From assembly GCA_003345545.1 (NCBI GenBank), contig PRDH01000039.1, forward strand, positions 64,001-128,000: DNA of 64,000 bases, read 5' to 3'. The stretch's first letter is position 1, and every line of letters starts with the position of its first letter. The DNA is from Candidatus Thorarchaeota archaeon (GTDB lineage Archaea > Asgardarchaeota > Thorarchaeia > Thorarchaeales > Thorarchaeaceae). Below, piece by piece: positions 36,990-46,770 of the stretch. Both the position numbers and the translations under genes were made by a program. Under the pieces are notes generated by a model, which did no database searches, was not told the origin of the DNA, and saw only the letters and a list, made by a program, of their open reading frames with translations.

Positions 36990-37640
36990 CTATTTCCGAT
37001 GAGCTTTCACAATGTCCAGGAACTTCTGTACGTTTTCGGTTATTACTTCGTATCTGCTTTCTTTAATCGCCTTCCTGTCAGTGATTGCACTGCCCACCCC
37101 GAGCGCAAAAGCTCCTGCATCAATCATTGGGCCAGCTGTATCGAGCTCTACCCCTCCAGTTGGAACGAGAGGGATCTGGGGCAACGGTCCTCTGATGGCC
37201 TTCAGGTACTCTGCACCGCCGACATTCCCGCACGGAAAGACCTTCACAGCATCTGCTCCCATTGTATATGCTTCGTAAATCTCAGTTGGCGTCAGTGCGC
37301 CTGGGATGACTGGCTTCGAACGCCCGATCACTGTCTCGATGAGATCCCGCGAGTAGTTTGGGCTCACGATGAAGTCACTTCCTGCCTTTATGGCCTCAAT
37401 AGCCATTTTGCCATTGACCACGGTACCCGTGCCAATCAGGACTTTGTTCCCAAATTGCTCAACGAGTTGCTTTACAACATCAATTGCTCCAGGAACACTC
37501 ATGGTAACCTCAACGATATTTATGCCGCCAGCAAGAAATGCATCAGCAACTTTGAACGCGACTTCTGCAGACTCTACACGAATGATTGGAATCAATCCCG
37601 TGTCATGAATATGCTTCAACGCTTTTTTCTTGTCCCACAA
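36990..37640 (-). CDS. eda: KDPG/KHG aldolase
   Basis: IPIIR, VEVT, GTGTV, FIVSP, PGALTPTE, VKVFP and PTGGV motifs. TTG start just after the kinase stop. Confidence 0.92.
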   Translation of the reverse strand: MWDKKKALKHIHDTGLIPIIRVESAEVAFKVADAFLAGGINIVEVTMSVPGAIDVVKQLVEQFGNKVLIGTGTVVNGKMAIEAIKAGSDFIVSPNYSRDLIETVIGRSKPVIPGALTPTEIYEAYTMGADAVKVFPCGNVGGAEYLKAIRGPLPQIPLVPTGGVELDTAGPMIDAGAFALGVGSAITDRKAIKESRYEVITENVQKFLDIVKAHRK

Positions 37641-37647
37641 TCTGCTT

Positions 37648-38643
37648 TCACCTCTGGATTCGGAGTCCTCTCTCGCCACCCTTAAGTAACTTCTCCACCT
37701 CATCCTTGTAGACAAAGGCAAGGTCTCCTGGGACTGAGTGCTTCAGTGCTGAGAATGCTGATCCGAAGTCCACTGCCTTCTGAAGGTCCTTCAACATAAG
37801 ATGACCGTAGATGAATCCTGCACTGCAAGAGTCTCCGGCTCCCAATCTGTCTACTATCTCTACATCGTAGACAGGACTCTTGAAGATCTTGCCGTCTGAA
37901 TATGCAAACACAGACCACCTGTTTAGCCACACCGACGGCGTTTCCCGCAGAGTAATGACTACGACCTCGAACCCGAATTTGTCCTGAAGCTTTCTTGCTA
38001 CGTCTTCGTAGTCCTTGCCTTCAATTCCATAGACTACCTTCGTGTCTTCTTCTGTCGTAATCAGGATGTCGATGTTTTCAGAAACTGGTTCCGTGAATGC
38101 CTGTGCCTCTTTTGGAGTCCATAGTTTTCCTCGGTAGTTCACATCATACGAGACTTTACAGCCCTGCTTCTTGGCAGCCTTCAGTGCCTCAACTGTTGCT
38201 TCGGCGCAGCTTCTGCTCAATGCAGGTGTTATCCCACTTGTATGAAAGAGCTTTGTTCCCTTTAGGATGCTTGCCCAGTCTACCTCTCCAGGTTTGATCT
38301 TGCTGATCGCAGACTCCTTTCTGTCATAGATGACTCTATTCGCTCTCGGTGCAGCGCCGAACTCCACGTAATATACGCCACAGCGACTTTCGGGATCCCA
38401 AACTATGTGTGAGGTGTCGACTCCGTGTTCTTGAGCCTTATTACGGATAAAGTGACCAATCGAGTTGTCCCCCAGTTTTGTCACATAAGCTGTCTTGAGA
38501 CCAAGTCTGGCGCAGGCAACTGCAACATTCATCTCTGCTCCACCTGCATGAGCATCGAAGCTATGAGTCTGTTCAAAGCGCATGAAATCTGGAGGTGAAA
38601 GTCGGAGCATCACCTCGCCAAAAGTGACCACATCATAAGCCAT
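37648..38643 (-). CDS. kdgK: 2-keto-3-deoxygluconate kinase (PfkB family)
   Basis: FGEVMLRLSP, GGAEMNVA, VIYDR..SA, SGITPALS, DVNYR.KLW and DRLGAGD motifs. Confidence 0.88.
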   Translation of the reverse strand: MAYDVVTFGEVMLRLSPPDFMRFEQTHSFDAHAGGAEMNVAVACARLGLKTAYVTKLGDNSIGHFIRNKAQEHGVDTSHIVWDPESRCGVYYVEFGAAPRANRVIYDRKESAISKIKPGEVDWASILKGTKLFHTSGITPALSRSCAEATVEALKAAKKQGCKVSYDVNYRGKLWTPKEAQAFTEPVSENIDILITTEEDTKVVYGIEGKDYEDVARKLQDKFGFEVVVITLRETPSVWLNRWSVFAYSDGKIFKSPVYDVEIVDRLGAGDSCSAGFIYGHLMLKDLQKAVDFGSAFSALKHSVPGDLAFVYKDEVEKLLKGGERGLRIQR

Positions 38644-38720
38644 CTTTTCCAGCTCCAAGTTGTCAAACGTGGTCAAGATGACGAGCCGCGTGTTAAATCT
38701 GTTGTTAAGTCTCTGGTCTG

Positions 38721-41096
38721 TCAGACACTGTGACTTGAGAACTCGGTTCTGGCAATGACTTCATCTTGCACAAATGGATCTAGTTCGATGAAGTAGGCAC
38801 TATATCCAGCAACTCTCACTATCAGGTCTCGATGCTGCAGCGGATTCACCTTTGCATCCTCAAGCATTTCTCTAGATACGACATTGAACTGGACGTGGAA
38901 TCCGCCCATCCGGAAATATGCATCGACCATTCCTAGGAATTTCTCTCGTCTTGCTGTTGTGTCAAAGAAGTCAGGAGTGAACTTCATGTTATAGAGGGTC
39001 CCATTGTAACAGAGTGAATGATCAAGACGGGCAACTGATTTCATCGCTGCTGTCGGACCGTGTGTATCACGATTCTGAGTGGGGGACACCCCATCAGATA
39101 GCATGTGGCCAGCCTTTCGTCCGTCAGGAGTCGCTCCAAGTGTTTCTCCCTGGGGTATGTACATTGATACTGAAAAGAGAGCAGCATGATACGGGCCATT
39201 TCTCGTAGTCATCCGGCTTTGAATGGATTCACAGAATGCTCTTCCTGTGTCGCGAGCTAGAAAATCTACTCTCTCGATATCATTCCCATACTTATCTGGA
39301 TCATTTTCTAGTCGCACACGCAGCTCTTCATGATTCTCAAAATTCTCTTCGATCGCACTGAGTATATCTTCCATTGTAAGTTCTTTGCGCTCGAATACGT
39401 ATTTTCGAAGTATTTCTAGGGAGTCTGCTACGATTGCGACTCCGACTCCCATGATCCCGCCGCTGTTGTAGATGGTTCCGCCCTCTTGCATTGTAAGGCC
39501 TGATTCAATACAACCCTCAAGCAATGCAGAGATGAATGGCGTGGGTTTATGCTCTGCCAAGACACCCGCGGCTATTCTATCCGCTCGGGTCAGCAATTCG
39601 ATGGCGTAGTCAATCTGTTCTTCGTAAGCTCTCCAGAGTTGCTTGAAGTCCTTGAACTTGCGTGGATCCCCTGTTTCTCTTCCAGCCAATTCTCCGTTCT
39701 TTGGATTTCGTCCATTGTTCAGAGTTATCTCAAGAATCTTGGGAAGGTTGACATACCCAATGTTAGGTCGCGGATCTGTCTTTCCACCGATTATGGGCTC
39801 AACGCAACCCAGTATCGCGTAGTTATATGCTTCTGACCTATCTGTTCCTTTATCAACCATCAGCGGGATGATTATCTCATCATTGAATAGCCCGGGCATA
39901 CCAAGACCCTTTGAGATCACATCGACTACCTTGAGTTTCATGTGTTTTGGTGTCTTCTTATGCCATCTGTAAGAAACGGTTGGCTGAGTGACTCTAATAT
40001 TCGCAGTGGCCTCGAGGACCAACTCAGTCAGCTCATTGCTTACGTCATTCCCTTGAGCGTCCTCGCCTCCAACGGTGAGATTCTGAAACATGGGATGCCC
40101 TGCGAACGCTATACTGTAGTATTCATTCCGCAATTTGATTAGAGATGTGAACTTCACCCATAGCATTTCAAGAAGTTCAAGAGCATCAGCCCTGTCTATC
40201 TTCCCATTCTTGAGGTCTCCTTGCAGATACGGATGCAGATACTGGTCGAATCTACCGGTAGACATGGAGTGTCCGTTCGACTCTGTTTGGACAAGAAGGT
40301 GAATGAACCAAAACGATTGCAGTGCTTCATGGAAGGATTCAGCAGGCAGTGCTGGGACTTTTGCGCAGATTCTTGAGATTTCTAGAAGCTCGTTTCTTCT
40401 GGCTTTGTCATTCTCCTTAGTGGCCATCACCTTGGCTATACCAGAGAATCTCTCAGCAAATCGAATGACTGCCTCTATCTGTATTCTTGCGGCTTGGTAG
40501 AACTCACGCTTGTTCTCATCGTGCTTATTCTTGTTCTCAAGAGCCCTTACTTCTGAAAGAATATGGTTCAGACCCTTATTGATCACTAGCGGATAATCAA
40601 CGATGACATGCCCTATTCCAGTGCCCGGAGCTCCAATAGTGAATAGTCCTGCTTTGGATGCTCTTACCGACTCCTCTGGCAGGAGTTCTCCCGCAATCTC
40701 AGCGGTGCTCTTTCCTTTCCAGAACTCGAATACCTCACGTAGTTTTTCCTTGTCATTCTCATCAATGGAGAATCTCTCAGTTCTCCTCTTGCTGAACCTA
40801 TCAAGTTCCTCGTTTATCCAGCCCCAGCTATACTCGGGAAATACTTGGCATGACCTTGGAGTTGGACCCATGTTACCGACAATGAGTTCCTCTGGTTCAA
40901 TCCTGAGAGTCATCTTATCCAGCACGTGAGCGAACGCTCCGGCAAGGCGGATAATTGTGGATTCAGACATGTGGTCCTTGATATATTCTGTGAAAAGGAC
41001 TGCTCTCTCAGAGGATATCGTTGGCTTAGATTCAAGCATCCTCTGTTTAATTCTCAAGGTTCGTGCTGTCATCTCAAGTCCTACTGCTCCATACAT
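38721..41096 (-). CDS. Glycyl radical enzyme (PFL2/diol-dehydratase-like)
   Basis: C-terminal RVAGYS glycyl motif, GCVEP catalytic Cys/Glu, SNGHS, GRFDQY and ATPDGR. Confidence 0.93.
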   Translation of the reverse strand: MYGAVGLEMTARTLRIKQRMLESKPTISSERAVLFTEYIKDHMSESTIIRLAGAFAHVLDKMTLRIEPEELIVGNMGPTPRSCQVFPEYSWGWINEELDRFSKRRTERFSIDENDKEKLREVFEFWKGKSTAEIAGELLPEESVRASKAGLFTIGAPGTGIGHVIVDYPLVINKGLNHILSEVRALENKNKHDENKREFYQAARIQIEAVIRFAERFSGIAKVMATKENDKARRNELLEISRICAKVPALPAESFHEALQSFWFIHLLVQTESNGHSMSTGRFDQYLHPYLQGDLKNGKIDRADALELLEMLWVKFTSLIKLRNEYYSIAFAGHPMFQNLTVGGEDAQGNDVSNELTELVLEATANIRVTQPTVSYRWHKKTPKHMKLKVVDVISKGLGMPGLFNDEIIIPLMVDKGTDRSEAYNYAILGCVEPIIGGKTDPRPNIGYVNLPKILEITLNNGRNPKNGELAGRETGDPRKFKDFKQLWRAYEEQIDYAIELLTRADRIAAGVLAEHKPTPFISALLEGCIESGLTMQEGGTIYNSGGIMGVGVAIVADSLEILRKYVFERKELTMEDILSAIEENFENHEELRVRLENDPDKYGNDIERVDFLARDTGRAFCESIQSRMTTRNGPYHAALFSVSMYIPQGETLGATPDGRKAGHMLSDGVSPTQNRDTHGPTAAMKSVARLDHSLCYNGTLYNMKFTPDFFDTTARREKFLGMVDAYFRMGGFHVQFNVVSREMLEDAKVNPLQHRDLIVRVAGYSAYFIELDPFVQDEVIARTEFSSHSV

Positions 41097-41108
41097 TGAT
41101 TACCTTTC

Positions 41109-42287
41109 TCATACGGCATTCCGGAGCAGAGTCGGAAGGAAAGTATCGAGCCTGCTCAGGGCTTCTTCGATTCTCTCTGTCGAAACAGCGTAGCACAGTC
41201 TGAGGAATCCCTCTCCAAACTTGCCAAATGCAGATCCGTGGACTGTCACAACGCTTGTTTCCTTGAGAAGCTTGAGCACAAGGTCATAGGACTTCATACC
41301 ATACGCTGACACATCTGGAAAGGCATAGAATGCGCCGCTGGGTGGATCCAATTCTACTCCTTCAATAGCACTCAATCCTTTGGTTATGATATCTCGTCGC
41401 TTCTTGAATGTCTTGAGCATATCATCCACACAACTCTGGGGTCCGATTACCGCTGCCTCCGCTGCCTTCTGCGAAACAGATGTGGGCATCGCGACGATGT
41501 GCTCTTGAAGTTTCGTCATTGCAGCAATGACTTCCCTGGGACCAACGCATGCTCCAATGCGCCAACCCGTCATCGCATAGGTCTTGCTCAGAGAGAAGAG
41601 AGAAACAGTACGCTCCTTCATGCCCGGGAGTGAACCAATGAAGAGGGGCTTTTCTGTACCATACCGAAACTTTTCATACGCTTCATCCGCCAGGACGTAG
41701 ATGTCGTGGTCTATACAGACCTCAGCAATTCTCTTCATTTCCTTGCTGGGGATTATTCCTCCAGTCGGATTGTTTGGCGAGTTGATAACAAGCATCTTGG
41801 TCTTCTCTGTGATTGCTCGTTCGAGCTCTTCTGCTGTGAAACTAAATCTGCTCTTCTTCTTCAGTTGGATTGACACAGGGACACCCTGTGCCAACTTAAT
41901 GTGTGCATAGTGGCTGACGAAACCAGGGTCTGGATAGATCACCTCGTCTCCCGGATTCACAATCACCATGTTTGCAAGCACAAGCGCCCCCATTCCACCT
42001 GACGTGCACATGAGTTCGGTAACCGGGTCCGCGTCAATCCCGTTGTCACGCTTGATCTTCTGTGCGAAGGCCTCACGTACTTCGATTAGTCCTGCATTGT
42101 GTGTGTATTTTGTATATCCCTCATCAATGGCCTTCTTGGCTGCTTCTTTGATGTGTTGAGGTGTGTCAAAGTCCGGAAGTCCGACAGTCATGTCAAAGAC
42201 ATCAGTTCTTCCAATGACCATATTGTAGATTTTTCGGATTTCGCTTCCGGGAACATATGCATTTCTATCAGCTAACACAGAAACCAC
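41109..42287 (-). CDS. Class I/II PLP-dependent aminotransferase (AspC-like)
   Basis: GLPDFDTP, NSPNNPTG, DEAY and SLSKTYAMTGWRIG motifs. Confidence 0.93.
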   Translation of the reverse strand: MVSVLADRNAYVPGSEIRKIYNMVIGRTDVFDMTVGLPDFDTPQHIKEAAKKAIDEGYTKYTHNAGLIEVREAFAQKIKRDNGIDADPVTELMCTSGGMGALVLANMVIVNPGDEVIYPDPGFVSHYAHIKLAQGVPVSIQLKKKSRFSFTAEELERAITEKTKMLVINSPNNPTGGIIPSKEMKRIAEVCIDHDIYVLADEAYEKFRYGTEKPLFIGSLPGMKERTVSLFSLSKTYAMTGWRIGACVGPREVIAAMTKLQEHIVAMPTSVSQKAAEAAVIGPQSCVDDMLKTFKKRRDIITKGLSAIEGVELDPPSGAFYAFPDVSAYGMKSYDLVLKLLKETSVVTVHGSAFGKFGEGFLRLCYAVSTERIEEALSRLDTFLPTLLRNAV

Positions 42288-42432
42288 CTAGTTACGAATA
42301 TGAGAACAGATTCCTGTTTATATAACCTCTCGAATGTACCATGTCTATTAAAGAGGACTCTAGCTATGTTCAGAGGAGTTTTAAGACGCGCAGCTGTAGG
42401 CGAAATCATGAGTGTATCTGGTGATATAGAAG

Positions 42433-42903
42433 ATGACGCGACCTAGTGCTGATGAAGTCAGAAAAGTCTGCATGGCTACTCTTGCGGATGCTCATGCTGT
42501 GTATGTGGAAGCAATACGCCAGACCATGGGCAGAAAGGGCCTCAATGCCATTGGTGAAGCGAATAGATTGCATGGACTGACTCTCGGCAAATCAGCGATA
42601 CAGTCTGGAGGACTAAGAAAGGGGGATCTGCATTCGATATTCGACTTCTTTAGTGCTGCTCATCCCTATTTCGGATTCGAGCTCGAAGTGGATTCTTTCA
42701 CGGATACGAAACTCGATCTCAAGGTCACATCTTGTCCCTGGATAGATGCCTTCAGAGCTCGAGGTGCTGGTGAGGATATCTGCACATGGGTCACCCAGAT
42801 TGATGAGGGAATTGGTCAGGCAGTTGACCCCACTGTCAGACTGACGATTCCCAAGTGCATGATGCGGGGCGATCACTACTGCATCTACAGTTATACAAAG
42901 TAA
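42433..42903 (+). CDS. ATC-hydrolase-family (V4R-like) protein
   Basis: VTSCPW...IC....D....CMMRGDHYC.Y pattern. Confidence 0.75.
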   Translation: MTRPSADEVRKVCMATLADAHAVYVEAIRQTMGRKGLNAIGEANRLHGLTLGKSAIQSGGLRKGDLHSIFDFFSAAHPYFGFELEVDSFTDTKLDLKVTSCPWIDAFRARGAGEDICTWVTQIDEGIGQAVDPTVRLTIPKCMMRGDHYCIYSYTK

Positions 42904-42908
42904 TAGAA

Positions 42909-43586
42909 GTGGATGAATTGACGAACAAGAAGAACATCATACTGCAGAGAACCCTTAGACTGTATGTTGCTGCTCTGTCCGATGCTGCAGATGAAATTGG
43001 GTTGAATCAGGTCTGTATGGACCGCGGGATAATTCCTCTTACGGAAAACAAGAGGACGGCTGGTTTTGCTAGAACTGGAAAGATGGTGAGGTCTCCAGTC
43101 AATCGTCCGTACGACGAAGCTCAGTTGGACACATTCATGAGTCTGGTCACACGAGCAGTTGATGGAGACATCATTACTATTGATATGTCGGGGAGCACCG
43201 ATTGTTCAGCCTGGGGACAGGTTCTCAGTCGGATCGGGAAACCCTTGGGAGTCCGTGGTGCCATTATCGATGGAACCTCCAGGGATATTGATGATATTGA
43301 TAGAATGAACTTCACCGTCTTTGCGCGAGGTCGTCATCCTGGGACGATGCGTGGGCGAATGGATATGGAGTCTGTGCAGGAGCCCGTTGTATGCGGAGGC
43401 GTCACCGTGCACCCTGGCGACCTAATCTTTGGAGACAGCGATGGCGTTGTGGTGATTCCTACTGACCATATCGAAGACATTCTGGTTCATGCTGAGAATG
43501 TCGTTTCAACCGACAAATGGTGGGCAGAAAAGCTCGATGAAGGAAGGGACCCACATGAGTTGCATAAAGAAAGACCAATCCCCTAG
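42909..43586 (+). CDS. RraA/HMG-aldolase family protein
   Basis: LSDA, AWG, G.IIDG..RD and GGVTVHPGDLIFGDSDGVVVIP motifs. Confidence 0.88.
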   Translation: MDELTNKKNIILQRTLRLYVAALSDAADEIGLNQVCMDRGIIPLTENKRTAGFARTGKMVRSPVNRPYDEAQLDTFMSLVTRAVDGDIITIDMSGSTDCSAWGQVLSRIGKPLGVRGAIIDGTSRDIDDIDRMNFTVFARGRHPGTMRGRMDMESVQEPVVCGGVTVHPGDLIFGDSDGVVVIPTDHIEDILVHAENVVSTDKWWAEKLDEGRDPHELHKERPIP

Positions 43587-43650
43587 TCTTTCTAGTCAGA
43601 AGCATAGAGACCAAACCACAAGGCTTTAAGCTCGCAGATATTGAGCTCGA

Positions 43651-43968
43651 GTGGCCACAAACCAAGGTGGAATAACAGGTCCATTGGCGAAGAAACGTAA
43701 ATCATCAGGTCGAGCAAAGGGCGGATCCGGCCACAAGGGCGCAGTCCAGTGCTCGAGATGCGGTCGTCTAGTCCCATCGGATAAGGCGAAGAAATTCACC
43801 AAAGCTGTCAGCGCTGTTGAGCCACAGATTGCACGAGAACTTCGGCAACAGGGTTCATACATACCTGTGCACAGAGTGACATCATACTACTGCATCAGCT
43901 GTGCTGTGCATTCTGGTAAAATGAATATCAGAGAACATAGCGAGAGGAAGACTGTTCCAAGTCGCTGA
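43651..43968 (+). CDS. rps26e: 30S ribosomal protein S26e
   Basis: KKRKSSGRAK...VQCSRCGRLVPSDKAKK...YCISCAVH...R pattern. Confidence 0.93.
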   Translation: MATNQGGITGPLAKKRKSSGRAKGGSGHKGAVQCSRCGRLVPSDKAKKFTKAVSAVEPQIARELRQQGSYIPVHRVTSYYCISCAVHSGKMNIREHSERKTVPSR

Positions 43969-44081
43969 ACCGCATCACGATGAAGATCGACTACTCCCAG
44001 ATTGAGGAATTCATGTGAAGTGCCCGCATTAGGGGACCCACCGAATACTGCTGTTATTGCTAGCGCTGTATCTAGATGGAC

Positions 44082-45233
44082 TCAATTGTGAGGCTTCCTG
44101 CCTCTTGCCTTCCTTTTGTATACACCCCTCTTCACTGCATAGTCGTACATCTCGATTATCTTCTCAGGTGTCGAGTCAGGTTGGATGTTATGCGCCGGGG
44201 CAAGAATGTAGCCTCCACCAGGGGCGAGTGCAGCAAGCCTTGTATCTATCTCTCCTCTAAGATTCTCCATAGTACCGAGTTCCGCCATGGCGCGCTGAAG
44301 GTCAATTCCACCGTGGAATGAGAGGCGGTCTCCATACTTGGCCTTAAGTGCACTCGATTCCATTCCAAAGGCAAGCGGCTGGATTGGGTTTAGGATGTCC
44401 ACCCCTACTTCGATCAGATCATTGATTAGGGGTTCCACAGCGCCGCAGCTATGATAGAGAACCTTCACGTGGGGTGAACGTTTGTGTATCTCCCCATAGA
44501 TTTTCTCATGTCGCGGCTTAATGAGGTCACGGTACATCTTGGGACTGATGATGAGACCGTTTTGGTGCCCTAGGTCATCTCCAACCTGTACCATGTCGAG
44601 GTACTCTCCGACTTCGTCCAAGAGAACCCTGTTCATATCAAGCGCAAATTGCATGCACTTGTCCATCATGGCCTCAGCGAGTTTCCGGTTCGTGGCCAAG
44701 TCTATGAGGAACTTATCGAATCCTCTCATATAGTGCTCACAGATTTCGAACACTCCCCACGGCCCTCCGACCATTCCAACCACAGCGTATTCAGTTTCCT
44801 CATGGAGGTGTTTCGCCCACTCAACAACGCCCTCCATTCTTGAGGGATCATCCACGTCGGGCCATTCGTAGTTCTCTACCTCTTCGACCTCTGTGAACTG
44901 AGCCCACGGATAGTATGTGATCTCCCAGTATGGTCCGAACCACTTTCCCCTGAATCCATACTCCGAATCAGTCGTTCCATCGGGATAGGTCCTCATCTGG
45001 AAGCTCGATGCCGTGTTCATGTAGACCCTGCGAAAGTCGATGTGAAGTCTACGCAGGAGCTCTTCCGAGGTCTTCCAGCTCGACATGATACCCCACTCTT
45101 GGGTCTCGGGAGACGTGATTCCAAGATGGTCGCGCAGCCTCTCATATGCTGTTGGAGTAGTCCAATAGTCAAGGGGCACTCTGTCAGGTTCCTCGTGGTG
45201 TAGTGCAGTCAGGACTCTTTCTCGCGATTTCAT
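44082..45233 (-). CDS. Uroporphyrinogen decarboxylase/MtaA-like family protein
   Basis: M.SRERV..AL.HEEPDRVP, GDDLG.Q, HSCG, NPIQP and GGYILAPAHNIQ motifs. Confidence 0.88.
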   Translation of the reverse strand: MKSRERVLTALHHEEPDRVPLDYWTTPTAYERLRDHLGITSPETQEWGIMSSWKTSEELLRRLHIDFRRVYMNTASSFQMRTYPDGTTDSEYGFRGKWFGPYWEITYYPWAQFTEVEEVENYEWPDVDDPSRMEGVVEWAKHLHEETEYAVVGMVGGPWGVFEICEHYMRGFDKFLIDLATNRKLAEAMMDKCMQFALDMNRVLLDEVGEYLDMVQVGDDLGHQNGLIISPKMYRDLIKPRHEKIYGEIHKRSPHVKVLYHSCGAVEPLINDLIEVGVDILNPIQPLAFGMESSALKAKYGDRLSFHGGIDLQRAMAELGTMENLRGEIDTRLAALAPGGGYILAPAHNIQPDSTPEKIIEMYDYAVKRGVYKRKARGRKPHN

Positions 45234-45387
45234 GGCAGTAAGACTGCATACATTCTAATATTAAAAACACTCTATGAGGTCGACTTTAAGAAAAGTTAAT
45301 AGAGGGGCCTTTAATTGTGCCAGAATACGTCGCTATTCAGACGGAGATTTGAGATGAAGTCAGCATAGCATGACGGCGTGATAGCAG

Positions 45388-46770
45388 ATGGTAGATGCAG
45401 CAAAGATTACTCGCCTTCTGGCCAAGGTGGTAGGTCCAGAGAGAGTAAGTGACAAGGACTTTGACCTCATCCCTTATAGTAGGGACCTGAGCCCGGCAAG
45501 GCAGAAGCTGCCCACACATGTGGTTCTGCCTCAGAGCAAAGAAGAGATACAGGGTATCTTGAGGATAGCGAATCAGGAGAATGTGCCGGTGTATGTCAGG
45601 GCTGGAGGCACTTCGCACTGGGACGCATACCTTGCTCAGGAGCCCGGCATTATGTTGGATATGAGCAGGATGAATAGAATTCTCTATATCAACGAGCGCG
45701 ACCTCGTAGTCACGATTCAGCCAAACTGCACATGGGCGAAACTGGATAGGGAGCTTCGAAAACATGGCTTGACCTATCTCTGCAGTGAGGCCGGTGGTCC
45801 TGCTATGACAGTAGGAGGCTCGGTCATGAAGGCCGGTGCCGGACCGCATTCCACCGCAAAGTTCGGATGTCATGGAGATCAAGATGTTATCACACTTGAG
45901 ATGGTGCTGCCTAACGGTGATATAGTGCAGACTGGCTCTGCAGCCTGGCCTAGTGCTGGAAAGTTTGAGAGGCAATGCCTCGGGCCTGACCTCGCTGGTA
46001 TGTTCATTGGTGCTGAGGGAATCCTGGGAATATGCACTGAGCTCACTATGAGAATCCGACCAGCCACAGATTTCAAAGAACGGCTGATAGCCGTGATGCC
46101 ATCACTTGATAGTGTAATAGAGTTCGGTCACTTCATCAATCGCAATGTTGGAGATGAGTATCTTCAGGGCATCTACCTATGGGTTGATCCGAATGCTCCT
46201 GATGTCTTCACTCTCATGATGGATATCTTCGGTTATGAAGCAGAGATAGTCGAACACAGAAAAAAGAAGTTGAGTGAGGAAGTCAAGAAGCTGGGTGGGT
46301 CGCTCGGTGATAGAGGCCCTGCTGATGACTATTTTGGTCATATTCTCACTGGACTGACTGATATCTTCGCTACTGGAGTCTGGCACTTCTTTGGTGCTGG
46401 CACTCTCAGAATAGATGATATCAAGTTCGTCTACGATGTCTGGAGGACTGAGTTACTCCAAAAGCGAGGCTATCGCAAGGCTGGTTTTGGAGGGCAAGTC
46501 CTTCCACGACGCTGGCTCGCATTCATGGTGACTAATTATCATGAGCCTGGTGACTGGGATGAGCTAGTCAGAATGGCTCATGAGATTGATGAGATTATTC
46601 TTGCAGGACCCGTCATACCCTACGGCATTGGTGGGCGCGATGGTCTTCGTGACATTGTTGCTTCTCATGATACGGGCTACTATCGACTCCTGAAGACCCT
46701 GAAACGGACTCTAGATCCCAAGAACATTCTGCAACGGGGAATATTCATACCTGAGGAGGAGTTGCAGTGA
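45388..46770 (+). CDS. FAD-binding oxidoreductase (GlcD/VAO family)
   Basis: RAGGTS, TVGG, LEMVLPNGDI, GAEGILGI and DPKNIL motifs. Confidence 0.88.
   Translation: MVDAAKITRLLAKVVGPERVSDKDFDLIPYSRDLSPARQKLPTHVVLPQSKEEIQGILRIANQENVPVYVRAGGTSHWDAYLAQEPGIMLDMSRMNRILYINERDLVVTIQPNCTWAKLDRELRKHGLTYLCSEAGGPAMTVGGSVMKAGAGPHSTAKFGCHGDQDVITLEMVLPNGDIVQTGSAAWPSAGKFERQCLGPDLAGMFIGAEGILGICTELTMRIRPATDFKERLIAVMPSLDSVIEFGHFINRNVGDEYLQGIYLWVDPNAPDVFTLMMDIFGYEAEIVEHRKKKLSEEVKKLGGSLGDRGPADDYFGHILTGLTDIFATGVWHFFGAGTLRIDDIKFVYDVWRTELLQKRGYRKAGFGGQVLPRRWLAFMVTNYHEPGDWDELVRMAHEIDEIILAGPVIPYGIGGRDGLRDIVASHDTGYYRLLKTLKRTLDPKNILQRGIFIPEEELQ

Noticed and set aside
36999-37685. Long antisense ORFs (228 aa here; also 45337-45975, 47094-47870 and 13255-13866)
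   Set aside because: They are shadows of well-supported genes on the opposite strand and have no motifs of their own.
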